DNA of 64,000 nt from Caecitellus pseudoparvulus (taxonomy: Eukaryota > Protista > Bigyra: Bicosoecida). Shown here piece by piece: positions 1 to 11,316 of this stretch. Location: NCBI GenBank assembly GCA_965644315.1, contig CBFFRQ010000031.1, positions 558,001 through 622,000 on the forward strand, in the 5' to 3' direction. Position 1 is the first letter of the stretch. Each line of letters begins with the position of its first letter. The position numbers were made by a program, and so were the translations under genes. Below the pieces are notes generated by a model. The model saw only the letters and a list, made by a program, of their open reading frames with translations, made no database searches and was not told the origin of the DNA.

Positions 1-2942
1 ACACCGACTTTGCCATGTACGGATGGCTTTGTTCAGTGCAGTTTTGTGCACCACCCGTCGGGAACTGAACAGCACCCACTTGTGCAGGAAAACCCTGCAA
101 CGATGCGCCTGTACCTGTGCTTGAACTTCCTCTGCACGTGCCTCCACGTGTCGCGAAATCTGTACTTCGCCCTTCCAAGCGTTCCAAGACCTTCGGAGCA
201 GCTCACAGCTCCACATGCCGATCGCGCGCTGCAGCTGCCATCGCCTTCCCCGGCGCTGCCCTGACCATGCGTGCCACCTCCGCACAAGCCGAGCAGCAGC
301 TGCGAATTCCCAGTGAAAATCTGCCTTTGCCACAGCACGTGCCTGGCGCTTCCTGCTTTGAGCCCAAACCCGCCACGTTTGAACGGCAAGCCTGGCCTTT
401 TGCTCAGCATGCCACAGTTGCACCCGAGCAGTGATGATCCGGAGCTTGCGCTCAGCTGAGGTGCGCTTGCGCCATCGACGAAGTGCAGTCTTGCTCCTTG
501 ACTGGTTCAAAGACAAGGACAGGCGCTGAGCACAGTGCGATCGCGTGGCAGTTGAAACTTTGGTGAGGTTCTTCAGAGCAAGAAAGGTTGCCGCCTGCAG
601 CCGCCGCGCATTCCACTTCCGCAGGGCGTCGCATGCCAGCCGCTTGGAAAGACGACGCTGCGTGTGTTGCTGCCATGAGCGCAGAAGGGGGAGCATAAGG
701 ACAGCTCTTACGTAGTGGTGATCAGCACGCCGGTCCATCAGGCGTGCCATCGCACAGGTTTGCCACGCATGCAAGGCGTCGCAGGCCAGGCGACGCCGAA
801 CTCTGTCCTCCACGTCGCTTGCAGTCCCCTCAATTTGGGCCTTTCGCGCGATCCACCGAGACTTCCACTCGGACCAAGCTTTGTACATGGTCCTTGTGTT
901 GGTTTGGCGAAGCGTGTAGCGATATGCCCCACGAAGCTTGGTCGTGTAGCGCCAAGCCTTGAACACTTCCCCCATGTGGACCTGCCGCCGCCTCTCCCTT
1001 GTCGCCGACTCCGCCTGCCGAATGGCAGTTGCGTTGGTTGCTGCGGCAACCCACACTCGAAAACAACGACGGAGTTGGTTCCGTTTCCCCATCTGCCGAA
1101 CCTGCCTTCCGTGTGCTGCCACGCGAGCCCACGTCGCGAAAATGGCGGACAGCAGCCGTGCGTCCCACAATGCTGTGGCGCGAAGGAGGCAAAACAAGCT
1201 GTGCACAGGGGCAAGCTTGGGCTGAATGCGATCCAACACAGCCACTCTCAGTCTGTTCACGCGCTGGGCCAAAGGAAGCGCACGGTGAGCCCTCCTCAGC
1301 GCCTCGGCCTGCGCCTCCTCAGCGAGCTGCGTCGCTCGCTGTATAGAAGCTGCCGCTGCGGAGCTGAGCGGGGCTGGGGGTGGGGATGCCTGCACAGTCC
1401 GGGCAATGGTAGATGCAGAAAGAGAAAACGAAGACCCCAAAGACGCAGCTGCAAAGCCTTCCTCTGCAACGCCACTGTCGCTATCAGAACTGTCACCATG
1501 CGGCGGCGTGCCAAGCCCAGCGCCCGTCGGCTCTCGCCCACGCCACGAATCTATCTGCCATGCGCGCACACTTGCACGGGTCGTGGATCCCCCCTGTACT
1601 ACCAAGGCGGGCGCCATCCACTTGGAGGGCCCAGTAGAAGCCACCTGTGGAGCGGCCTGCAGCTGGCCTGATCGCAGCGCGGCGGGCTCCAGGGCAACCC
1701 TCGGCCAAAATCCTAGCACTGGCGGCTGTGCAGTCGCACGCCGCAGGGATGCCACGGAGTCGCTGAGCCCGTGGTGGGACAGGTGCCGGTTAGGCAGGGC
1801 ATGGATGATCCACCTGCCCAAGGCGCGCACCTGCGCGGGGTGCACCAGGGGCGCAGGCTGAGCTGCGGCCAGAGCCTGCCGAAAGCCGCGCAGCGTCCTT
1901 GCCAAGAGAAGGCGGCGGTGAGATGACACCGCCAGCGACATTGCCAGGCGCTGCGCTTTGCGCGTGCGCGTGAAAGACGCCCAGGCTGTCCACACGATGT
2001 CGAGTAACTGGTGCCTTGCCTGGCCTGCCTTGGTGCTGAGCAGCAGGAGAGTGCGAAAGCCACGATGGCGTGGCGGTGGGGGGGGTGCCGCGGCAGACAG
2101 CTGCATGGTGTGCGACTTGGCCGTTCGGAAGCTGTGTCCGCTGCCGCTTGCGTCCGACTGGCTAGGAAAGCCTCCCTGCCGCTCTGCCAGAGCTGCCCGC
2201 AGCCCTGGGGACAAAGCCAAGTCCGTGAGAGCCAACCCTCTGCCCCTTGTGGAAGCGCCATCCGTAAATAATGTAGCCGGCGAGGAGGGGGGGGCATGGG
2301 GGGTATGCCACTGTCGGGAAGGCGTGTGAAAGGCGGCATGGCCCGCAGCAGTCGGGGCTGGAGTTTGTGAGCTTGTGCTGTCACCATCGGATGATACCCT
2401 GCCCCAAGTCAGGGTTTTCTTGCTGCTTCTAGCAGCTGAGGTGAGTGATGCAACCGAAGCTGCGAAATTGGGGCGCCGCGAGGCTGCCCTGGCTGAAGCA
2501 GAGCCAGCCAAGCGTTGATGTGCAGAAGACGGCTGCCGCGGCACAGGCCCTGCCGGCTGGTGCAAAGCTGGGGCACTCGGTGATGCAAAGTCTGTGACGG
2601 AATCCTTGGCGATCTGCGCAGGCCCGTGGCGTGCGTGAGTGCACAGTTGGCGGCTGAGCCCGGGTGTGAAACTCCGCAGGAGCGCACCTCCAACTCGCAG
2701 TCCAACTTTGCCCACCAGCTTTCGTGCGGGTGCGTCGCGATGCGCAATAATGATCTGTACACTTTATCAACATCTGGCACATCCGGCAAATTCTCAGAGA
2801 CGCAGACTGAGAAGGCGGCCAACACCTGCCCAAGCTGCACTGGCTGTGACCCAGCCTCCTCCTCGGCACGCTGCAGAACCAGGCTCAAGAACTCCAGCTC
2901 TGCGTCACCCACCACAGGGCCCCTGCCAAGACTACTCGCCAT
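1..2942 (-). CDS. Sfi1-like centrin-binding repeat protein (3'-truncated, runs off window start)
   Basis: Exon 1 is 2942-2688 (MASSLGRGP...VYRSLLRIATHPHESWWAKLDCELE). Intron 2687-2614 (GTGCGC...GCAG). Exon 2 is 2613 to <1 and is stop-free by manual translation, so the ORF track omits it. Positions ~1170-1 encode Trp-anchored basic helical repeats about every 26-33 aa (LRRCFRVW, MGEVFKAWR, MYKAWSEWK, LLRSWQ, ALRRWRK, AIGMWSCELLRRSWNAWK), matching the Sfi1 consensus A-x7-LL-x3-F/L-x2-WK/R. Confidence 0.75.
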
Positions 2943-3432
2943 TAGTTTCCCTGCCTGTCCCGCGGCGCATGGAGCACGCCTGCCGCTACAGCGGAGAGAC
3001 AGCAAGGCGCGCCTGCCTGCCTGGCGTGTGGTGTGCACAAGCAGCGGGCATGGACAGGTCGCCTTCCCCGATCCAGGCGTCGAAAGGGAGGGGGGTCAAA
3101 AGGGTGGTGCACACACTCTCGGATTGTTGGGCTGCAGGACTCTCATGAGCCTGCTCGTCAACTTGGCCCAGAGAGGCAAATTTACCTCCCAGCCCGAAGC
3201 TGCGCCAGACGCCTCGCAGCCCTGGCCCGTGGGGGGGGCAACCCCACGCGGATGAATCCGGTATCAAATCCACTGCAAATCACAACACCCTAAAAACACA
3301 GCCCCTGCCCAGGCATTTCCCTCCTGGACAGCGACTTTGATTGAGGCACCTGCGAGCGTTTCGCGGCAGCGTTTCATCGAGCCACCCTGGTGCTTGCTTC
3401 TCTGACTCCGCTCCCCACCAGTCAGGCCCAAG
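2943..3432. promoter_or_regulatory. Putative bidirectional promoter region between Sfi1-like gene and CCT7
   Basis: 490 bp between divergent start codons, with an A/C-rich, lower-GC patch at ~3255-3300. Positional inference only. Confidence 0.45.
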
Positions 3433-5481
3433 ATGATGAACCCAAACCTGAACATGCGCCCTGGCATCATCCTGCTCAAGGATGGCACGGATACCAGCCA
3501 GGGCAAGGGGCAGATCATCAGCAACATCAACGCCTGCCAGGCTGTTGTGGAGGCTGTCAGGACCACGTTGGGCCCCCGAGGCATGGACAAGCTGATCCAT
3601 GACGATAAGGGTGTACGTGACGAAGCAGCGTTGTCGTTTTGTGCTGAACCGCACGAAGGAGGCTGGATGCAGGGCAACGCAGGCGCCTTCACGCCGGCGC
3701 CAGCTCGGTGCAGTGCCGTTGCTACTGACGGGGACACCTCCGCACCCGCCTGGCCCACCTGCTGCGTCTCAGGTCACCATTTCAAACGATGGCGCAACAA
3801 TCATGAAGCTGTTGGACATTGTGCACCCGGCTGCCAAGACGCTCGTGGACATCGCGCGCAGCCAAGACGACGAGATTGGGGACGGCACAACGACGGTGGT
3901 GATCACGGCAGGCGAGCTGCTGAAGGCCTCCAAGCAGTTCATTGAGGACGGCGTGCACCCTCAAGTCATTATCAAGGTGAGTTTCGAGCTGCAGGTGCAC
4001 CTTGGACAGCTGCGAGTCTTGCGCCGCCGCTGCCGCTGCGCGTGGTGGAGGTGCCGTTGAGGCAGCGTTTCCTGCACTGCACGCTCTTGTCGTGAGCCTC
4101 CCCGCAGGGCCTGCGCACTGCTACGACCAAGGCAGTAGCTCGCCTGGAAGAGCTCGCCATTGGTGTTGATGGCGATGCTGTTGCTCGCCGCACTCTGCTG
4201 GAGAAGTGCGCCAAGACCTCTCTGAACTCCAAGCTCATCGCTCGGCACCAGGACTTCTTCGGGCCCATGGTGGTGGACGCCATCGAGAGCTTGGATGAGT
4301 CTTTGAACCTGTCCATGGTGGGCATCAAGAAGGTGCCAGGTGGCTCGGTGACGGAGTCCTTCCTCGTGAAGGGCGTCGCTTTCAAGCGCACCTTCTCCTA
4401 CGCTGGCTTCGAGCAGCAGCCCAAGACCTTTGCCACGCCCAAGATCCTCCTGCTGAACCTGGAGCTGGAGCTGAAGTCAGAGCGTGCAAATGCCGAGATC
4501 CGCATTGACGACCCCACGAAGTACCAGAGCATCGTGGACGCAGAGTGGGACATCATCTACGAGAAGCTGGACCGCTGTGCCAAGTCCGGCGCCAACATCA
4601 TCCTGTCCAAGCTGCCCATCGGCGACTTGGCCACGCAGTACTTCGCCGACCGCGGCCTGTTCTGTGCAGGGCGTGTGGGGGCCGCTGATATGAACCGCGT
4701 GGCTTCCGCCACTGGTGCGAAGGTGCAGACCACCGTACACGGCCTGGAGCCGGACTCGGCCGCTCTCGGCACTTGCGAGGTGTTCGAGGAGAAGCAGGTG
4801 GGAGCGGAGCGCTACAACCTGTTCACAGGTTGCCCCCACGCCAAGACTGCCACCATGGTGCTGCGTGGCGGCGCCAGGGAGTTCATTGACGAGACAGAGC
4901 GGTCCCTGCATGACTCCCTCATGATCGTGAAGAACTGCGTCAAGTCCACCCGCGTCGTGGCAGGTGGCGGTGCCATTGAGATGGAGCTGTCTCGCTTCCT
5001 GCTGGAGCACTCCCTCACCATCCCCGGCAAGCAGCAGATGATCATTGGCGCCTTCGCCAAGGCGTTGGAAGTGACCCCCCGCCAGCTGGCTGACAACGCT
5101 GGCTTTGACGCCACAGACATCGTGACAAGCCTGCGACAGAAGCATGCTGAGGGCGGTGCTGATGGCCTTTGGTACGGGGTGGACATTGACAAGGAGGGCA
5201 TCTGTGACACGTACGAGCGGGGCGTGTGGGAGCCAGTGACTTCCAAGATCAACTCCCTCTCTTCCGCCTGCGAGGCTGCATGCCTCATTTTGTCAGTGGA
5301 TGAGACGATTCGCAACCCAAAGTCTCAGGGCGCGCCAGGTGGCCCTGGCGGGCCCCCGGGCATGGGCATGGGCATGGGCCGTGGCCGCCCGATGTCAGCA
5401 GCTATGGGTGGCGCCGGCATGCGGGGCATGATGGGCCGTGGACGAGGCATTCGTGCCTACCAGGGCAAAGGAGGAAAGTAG
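3433..5481 (+). CDS. CCT7: T-complex protein 1 subunit eta (CCT/TRiC chaperonin)
   Basis: Exons 3433-3612, 3773-3976 and 4108-5481. Introns are GTACGT..TCAG (TACTGAC branch-like site at 3723) and GTGAGT..GCAG. Motifs: [24 protein letters not shown], the eta-specific [11 protein letters not shown], and a Gly/Met/Arg-rich tail. Confidence 0.96.
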
Positions 5482-5594
5482 GCAATGCAGCCATGTAGCA
5501 AAACCTTGCACGTGAGTGTCTCAGCGCAAGGGCAGAAACGCTGGACAGGCCTTGCCCGTTAGCATTGGTGAGTTTCAGCTGCGTTTCCCTCACC

Positions 5595-7094
5595 ATGGAG
5601 CACCTGGACTTGCTACGCTTCGACTTGCTGCACGCGTGGCGGTACCGCCAAGCGGGTGCCCCACACGCCCCTGTTGTGGGTGAGTTTCATGGCCTCCTGT
5701 CCTCAGATGCTGCTCAGCAAGATGTGCCTGTGCCGCTGCTTGAGGTGGTGGTACTGGTGGTGCTGCTCATTGACGCATTCGAGCTGATCATGGACCTGCT
5801 GCAGCGCGGGGCCTTGTCCGCAGACAAGCCCTCCGCTGCGCTGTTGAAAGCCATCGAGCAAGTGGATGCGGCTGACGCAGAGGTGTCGGAGAAGGACGCA
5901 GGCGACGGGGCAGGCAGCCTCGCGGAGAAGGTTCGAGCGGGGTATGCCCCCGCACAAGCCTACGCGCTGGAACGCCTAAACTTTGCCATCTTCTCGCGCC
6001 TGGTAAACATGGTCTTGGGCGTTGTCACTGTTGCTGCTGGTGTCCTGCCTATGCTGTGGGATGCCGCGGGCGAAGCAGTCGACAGCTGGGCACCAGAGCA
6101 GTGGGCCTCCTCCTCCCTGGCCCAAAGCTTGTGCTTCCTGGCACTCTCCCAGCTGTGGAGCACTCTGCTGAGCGTGCCATTCTCGGTGTATCGCCAGTTT
6201 GTTATCGAGGAGGCTCATGGCTTCAACAAAATGACGCCTGCACTGTTCGCATCTGACCTCGCGAAGCAGCTCGCATTGATGGCAGTGCTGGGGCTTCCCA
6301 TCGCCGCCGTGGCCATCCTGGTCATCGAGTGGGCTGGGCAAGGCTTCCACAATTGGCTGTTTGGTGTGGTCATCGTCGTCACTGTGCTGGCCCAGGTCGT
6401 CGTGCCCACCCTCATCATGCCCCTGTTCAACAAGTTTGAGCCATTGCCAGATGGGGAGCTGAAGGAACGCATCGAGGCCCTGGCCGCTTCCCTGGGCTTC
6501 CCCCTTGCTAAGCTGTCCGTCATGGATGGCAGCTCTCGCAGTGCTCACTCCAACGCATTCTTCATCGGCTTGCCCTTCCTGCCCAAGCGCATCGTACTGT
6601 TCGACACTCTGCTGGAGCAGTCCACTGACGACGAAATCATTGCCGTGCTGGCACACGAGCTGGGTCACTGGGCCCACAATCACACCCTTGGACTGCAGGG
6701 GGTGGGTTTGTTCCTGACCTACTGGCAGCTGGCTGCCTTTGCCGCCGCCATCCACTGGCCACCCCTGTACTCCACATTCGGCTTCAGCGACCGCCCAACC
6801 ATCGTCGGGCTACTGCTGTTCATGCAGTATGCATTCCAGCCGCTGGGACCTTTGCTGAACTTTGCCCTGTCAGCACTCTCGCGGGCTGCTGAGTTTGATG
6901 CAGACGCTTTCGCGGTGCAGCAAGGCAAAGGCCAAGCCCTTCAGCGGGCGTTGGTGCGGCTGGGCCTGGAGAACAAAGCGGCCCCGCACAACCACTGGCT
7001 GTATTCCACGTACCACCACAGCCATCCCCCCATGCCTGAGCGCCTTGCAGCGCTGCAGACCCGCACGGCAGAGGCGAGCAAGCGGGATGAATGA
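5595..7094 (+). CDS. STE24: CAAX prenyl protease 1 (M48 zinc metalloprotease, Ste24/ZMPSTE24)
   Basis: Motifs FVIEEAHGFNK, MDGSSRSAHSNAFF, KRIVLFDTLL, the HExxH motif HELGH, SRAAEFDADAFA and HSHPPMPERL, plus multiple TM segments. ATG at 5595 (caccATGG) is preferred over the TTG at 5565; the exact 5' end is uncertain. Confidence 0.93.
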   Translation: MEHLDLLRFDLLHAWRYRQAGAPHAPVVGEFHGLLSSDAAQQDVPVPLLEVVVLVVLLIDAFELIMDLLQRGALSADKPSAALLKAIEQVDAADAEVSEKDAGDGAGSLAEKVRAGYAPAQAYALERLNFAIFSRLVNMVLGVVTVAAGVLPMLWDAAGEAVDSWAPEQWASSSLAQSLCFLALSQLWSTLLSVPFSVYRQFVIEEAHGFNKMTPALFASDLAKQLALMAVLGLPIAAVAILVIEWAGQGFHNWLFGVVIVVTVLAQVVVPTLIMPLFNKFEPLPDGELKERIEALAASLGFPLAKLSVMDGSSRSAHSNAFFIGLPFLPKRIVLFDTLLEQSTDDEIIAVLAHELGHWAHNHTLGLQGVGLFLTYWQLAAFAAAIHWPPLYSTFGFSDRPTIVGLLLFMQYAFQPLGPLLNFALSALSRAAEFDADAFAVQQGKGQALQRALVRLGLENKAAPHNHWLYSTYHHSHPPMPERLAALQTRTAEASKRDE

Positions 7095-7350
7095 ACGAAG
7101 TCACCTCCCCGCCGGCCACAGTGGCTTCAAGTCTGGGCTCTGACCACCGCAGGGGCGCTGCCGAAGCCGGGGGAATCCGTACCCGCCCAGCATTCGACTG
7201 ACGCAAGCAAAACAGAAAACGCACGCCATTTCGGAAGAATTCCGGAAACATTCCGCACGCCAACTGTCAACGCTTCGTCCTGCGCCGGGGTGCACGCCGG
7301 CGTGCACTGGCGTTGCCGGCCTGCTGCACTGCACCTGCACGCCGTGCACA

Positions 7351-9343
7351 ATGAAGGTGCCCAAGTCAGTTGTGGTGGTCCTCACCACGCTGACCTTCCT
7401 CTTCACGTCATCTTCGGAAGTGCTTCTGGTGAAGACCCTCAACAACTCGTTTGGTGTGCGTGCCGGGGATGGGGGCAGCTGAGCGGCGCCATCTCTGGCC
7501 AAGTGGCGTGCCCATGCCTCACCATGCCACGTCCTCGCCGGCCTTGCAGGTGTACCTCACATTCTTCACGGGCATCCTCCTCAACTCGTACTGGATGATC
7601 CAGCTGCCCATGCTGTACATGTACCTGCGGAACATCGCGTCCGAAAAGCAACCTTCCCCCATTTCACGTGCTGAGCTAAAGGCGTACCTTGGCATCGGGC
7701 TGATCGGCTGTGTTGACACGGCAGGGCGAGCGTTCAGTCTGAATGCCTTGCCGGGCAGCCTCTTCGTCATCTTTGCGAGCTCAGACCTACTCTTCAACTC
7801 CGCTTTTTCATACTACTTTCTTGGCAAGCGCTTCACGTGGTGCGTGCGGGGGAGGCCCGTGTCTTTTCTTGCCTTGCCAGCTCACCCACATGCTCGCTTG
7901 TCCTCCCACCTCTGCAGGTGGCACATCGCCGGCGTGCTGACAGCATGCGGTGGCATTTCGGTCGTCGCTGCGGACTCTGGGGACTCTGGCTCGAGCGACT
8001 GCACTCCCGAGGGGGGGTGCCTGGACGACTACGCCCCGGGCATCATCGCAGCCCTCATCAGCGGGCTGGCCAATGCTGGAAAAATGGTGCTCGCCCATGG
8101 GATTCTGCGGTCTGGTCAGAAGAGCAACGTGCGTGTGCAGGTGGCGGAGATCAGCATCTTCAACTGCTTCATTTCGTTCCTGGTCCTGTGGATTCCCCTG
8201 CTGGCCACTGGAGAGCAGAGTGAGTACGGTAAGCAGCTCTCAGGGGAAGGCCAGAGCGAGATGATGCAAAACTTGTTCATCCTCGTCTGTGTTGGCCTGG
8301 CTGTGGGCAAGATGCTGGACCGTGCCAGCAAGTACGACATGGTGAAGCTGAAGGGCTCGTTGTATGGCAGCATGGTGGACAGCATCAAGAAGATTTTGAC
8401 GGCAGTCATCGCCATCTTTGCGTTTGGCGAGCAGTGGTCGTGGTCCCGCGGGGTCGCCCTTGCTGCGGTCTTCACCGCCATGGGCCTGTACAGCTACGGC
8501 AGCTATGTCAAGGTCAAGGCTGCCAAGGCCAAGCTGAGGGAGCTGGCTGCAGCGCAGGCGGCCGAGGAAGAAGATATCGAGGAGGGAGCAGGGGTCATGA
8601 TTGCAGACGACGGACAGCTCAGCCTGGAGCACGGCGCGGGTGGGGATGACCAGACTGTGTTGGGGAAGGGCGGCAAGGACCTGTCGGGGAGCGGGCCAGT
8701 CACCGGGACCTCGGACGGCGCAGATGCGAAGGTAGCAGCCCTCACATTGCACCATCGACACGGCAGGCACACACCCGGCGCTGGTGGCGCGACACCTGGA
8801 GCAGCCAGCTCTCCTGGGCGCCCCGGCCGCACGCCGTCCGCTGCCGAGCTCTCCTTGGGCGACGGCGGCTCGTACGTGGACGACGACGATGCCTTGACGG
8901 AGACAAGCAGCCTGCTCAGCGGACAGCCAGGGAAGCAGCCGCACCGCAGCACTGGCTCACTGCGCAGCCGGGGCAGCTCTCGAGCAGGGGCGCACTCTGC
9001 ACGCCCGGGCACGTACGGTGCGGAGGAGGACATGATCGACGACGAGGAGGAGGCATCGCGGGAAATCGCCGCTGTGTTGGGGGACAGCATGTGGTACACC
9101 CCGCGCAATTCTGTCACCAAGGGCCTTGGCTCGTGGTGGGGTGTTGCGGCCGCAGCTCCCCCACGCCCGCCCGCGGCACAAACGGGCTCCTCGACGCCAG
9201 CCGCCGTGCGAGCTGCTGAGGCTGCAGATGATGCCCCCAGCCTGGAGTTGCCGAACGCTCAGTCTGTGCGCCACCTGGTCCCGAGCCGCCGATCGCCTGC
9301 ACCGGGGCAGGACCCGGTGGAGGACGCCCCTAAGGAAGAGTAG
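7351..9343 (+). CDS. Drug/metabolite transporter superfamily protein, purine-permease (PUP)/SLC35-like, with long disordered C-terminal tail
   Basis: Exons 7351-7455 (MKVPKSVVVVLTTLTFLF...), 7550-7839 and 7918-9343. Introns are 7456-7549 and the in-frame 7840-7917. About 10 hydrophobic helices. LPGSLFVIFASSDLLFNSAFSYYFLGKRFT and AIFAFGEQWS resemble PUP/DMT motifs. Confidence 0.75.
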
Positions 9344-9396
9344 CCGCTGCCAGAGCCACCTGCAGCAGACAATGTATTACATGGACAACGTGGAGT

Positions 9397-10978
9397 TCAC
9401 TCCCCTGTCTCGGCAGGGCTTGCCAGCGTTGCTACCCGTGCCTCTGTCAGGCTGAGGCGCTGATCGAACGCCTGCATGGTCTCCTGGATCTGAGACAACT
9501 GGCCTACGATTTGCTGCAAGGCTGTGTGCACCACAGCCATTTGATCTGCCGGCACCGCTGGCGCAGAAGCTGAGGCAGCCGCTGCAGCCGGGCTTTGACC
9601 CGGGGAGGGGGGCTGCTGGGCAGGCGCCGCTGCTGGGGCGGCCGTCGCAGCCTGTGGAGCCGCGTGCTGGGGCTGGGAAGGCTGTGGGGCAGGGGGTGCC
9701 TGGGAGGGACTTGGCTTGGGTGGTGCAGCTGAGCCAGCACCGGCCGCGGGGTCTGCCACGGCAGCAGACTGGCGTGGCACTGCAGCTTGGCTGGGGGCTG
9801 GGGCCAGGGCCGGTTTGGAGTCCACCGGCGGGTGAAAGTTGGTGTCCCACACCATCACAACACCCTCCTCCCCCCCAGAAGCCAAAGTGCTGCCGTCCAC
9901 AGAGAAGGAGACGCTGTGCACTGCCGCCCTGTGCCCCCGCAGGGTGTACAGCAGGTGTCCTTGGCGCAGGTCCCACACCTTGACACACCCGTCGTCACCG
10001 CCACTGATGAGGTAGTTACCCGACGGGTGGAACGCCACGTCGTTGACAGCTCCTGTGTGGGCAGGGTAGTGCTGGATGAGCACCTCACTGCCCGCCCGAG
10101 TGTCAAAGAGCTTCACAGTGCAGTCGGCTGAGCAGGAGGCGAGGCAGGAGCCATCTGGGTGCCACTCCACCGCGTGCACGAGAGAGGAGTGGTCCGTGAA
10201 CGTGTGCAAACAACTGCGGGATTCCACGTCCCACAGCTTCACAGTCTTGTCGTCAGACCCTGACGCAATTTGAGCCGCATCAGCACGCAACCGCGCACAG
10301 CGCACCCAGTTCCGGTGCCCGGCGTACGTGCACTGGAAACGGCGGGAAGGCAGAGACCACAGTTTCATGGTCTTGTCATCCGAGGCAGTCAGCAGGTGCG
10401 ATGAGTTCCATGAAAAATCCACGCTGCGCACCGCCCCTGCGTGACCCTTCAGCACGCTGTTGTTGGCCCGTACGCTGGGAGTCCACAGGCGCACCGTGCG
10501 GTCCTTGCTGGCCGACGCAAGAACTGACCCATCTGGCGAGAATGCCACATCCAGCACAGATCCCTGAAAAGGGCAGAGTGGACACGTGCAGCTGCTGAGG
10601 CAGTGAGGCCGCCTGCGGTCGGCACTCCGCATGGCGTTTCGCCCACAAAACCTGCCGTTACCGCCGCACCCATCCCAGCAAGCGTTGGCGGCAGCCCTCG
10701 CACGCAGCGGCAAATACACACCTTGTGGCCACCAAACCGAAACGCTCGCATGCTATCGGTAAAGTTCCAGATCATAACGACTCCATCCGCGCCGCCAGAG
10801 GCCAGCTGCTTGCCGTTGTGGTTGTACGAGGAAGCCAAAACGCTGTCTCGGTGCCCTCGAAAGGTCCTGCGAACCCCAACAACAATGCCAATGGCTTGCC
10901 ACTGCAGGGCTTCTGGATCTGCGCTGATACGCACCTTGCCAGTGCTGGGTCCTTGGGGTCGATTGTCGCGCTTGCCAT
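9397..10978 (-). CDS. POC1: POC1 centriolar WD40 protein
   Basis: Exons 10978-10935 (MASATIDPKDPALA-R), 10866-10722 (TFRGHRD...RAFRFGGHK) and 10563-9397. Seven WD40 repeats, a Pro/Ala linker, and a C-terminal Poc1 coiled-coil motif LQQIVGQLSQIQETMQAFDQRLSLTEARV. Confidence 0.92.
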
Positions 10979-11316
10979 GGTGGTGGTTGGAGGCGCTGCT
11001 GTGGGGCAAGATGGCGCTCCGCTCCTCGCTGTCCAGGGCACGCACTCAGCACAGGAAGTCAAGGCAAAACAAACGCATTCTTTGGTGCGCAGCGCAAGGT
11101 TTGATTGTGGGGGGACGAGGCGAAGTGATTTGCATGTTTGAGGGGAGTGCGTGAGTCCCGGTACGCGTCCTCGATTTACTCTGAGCATCATGACGCCCTA
11201 CTTGCCTCACATTGGTTCCATGCTTTGCAAGGTTCCTCGTGTCAAAACTCGTAAGAAATTGACTCCCACAGTTGCGCCATGCTATCCCCAGCACCCTTCA
11301 AGCCTTGGCACCCATA
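10979..11316. promoter_or_regulatory. Putative bidirectional promoter region between POC1 and HtrA-like gene
   Basis: 338 bp between divergent ATGs, visibly more AT-rich than the flanking CDS. Positional inference only. Confidence 0.45.

Noticed and set aside
715-1671. 318-aa plus-strand ORF and other short ORFs in 1-3.3 kb
   Set aside because: These are antisense or alternate-frame shadows of the Sfi1-like gene in GC-rich DNA, with no recognisable motifs.
7228-7250. Imperfect inverted repeat TTTCGGAA-GAA-TTCCGGAAA upstream of the transporter
   Set aside because: Short, imperfect and seen once; not enough to call a regulatory site or terminator.
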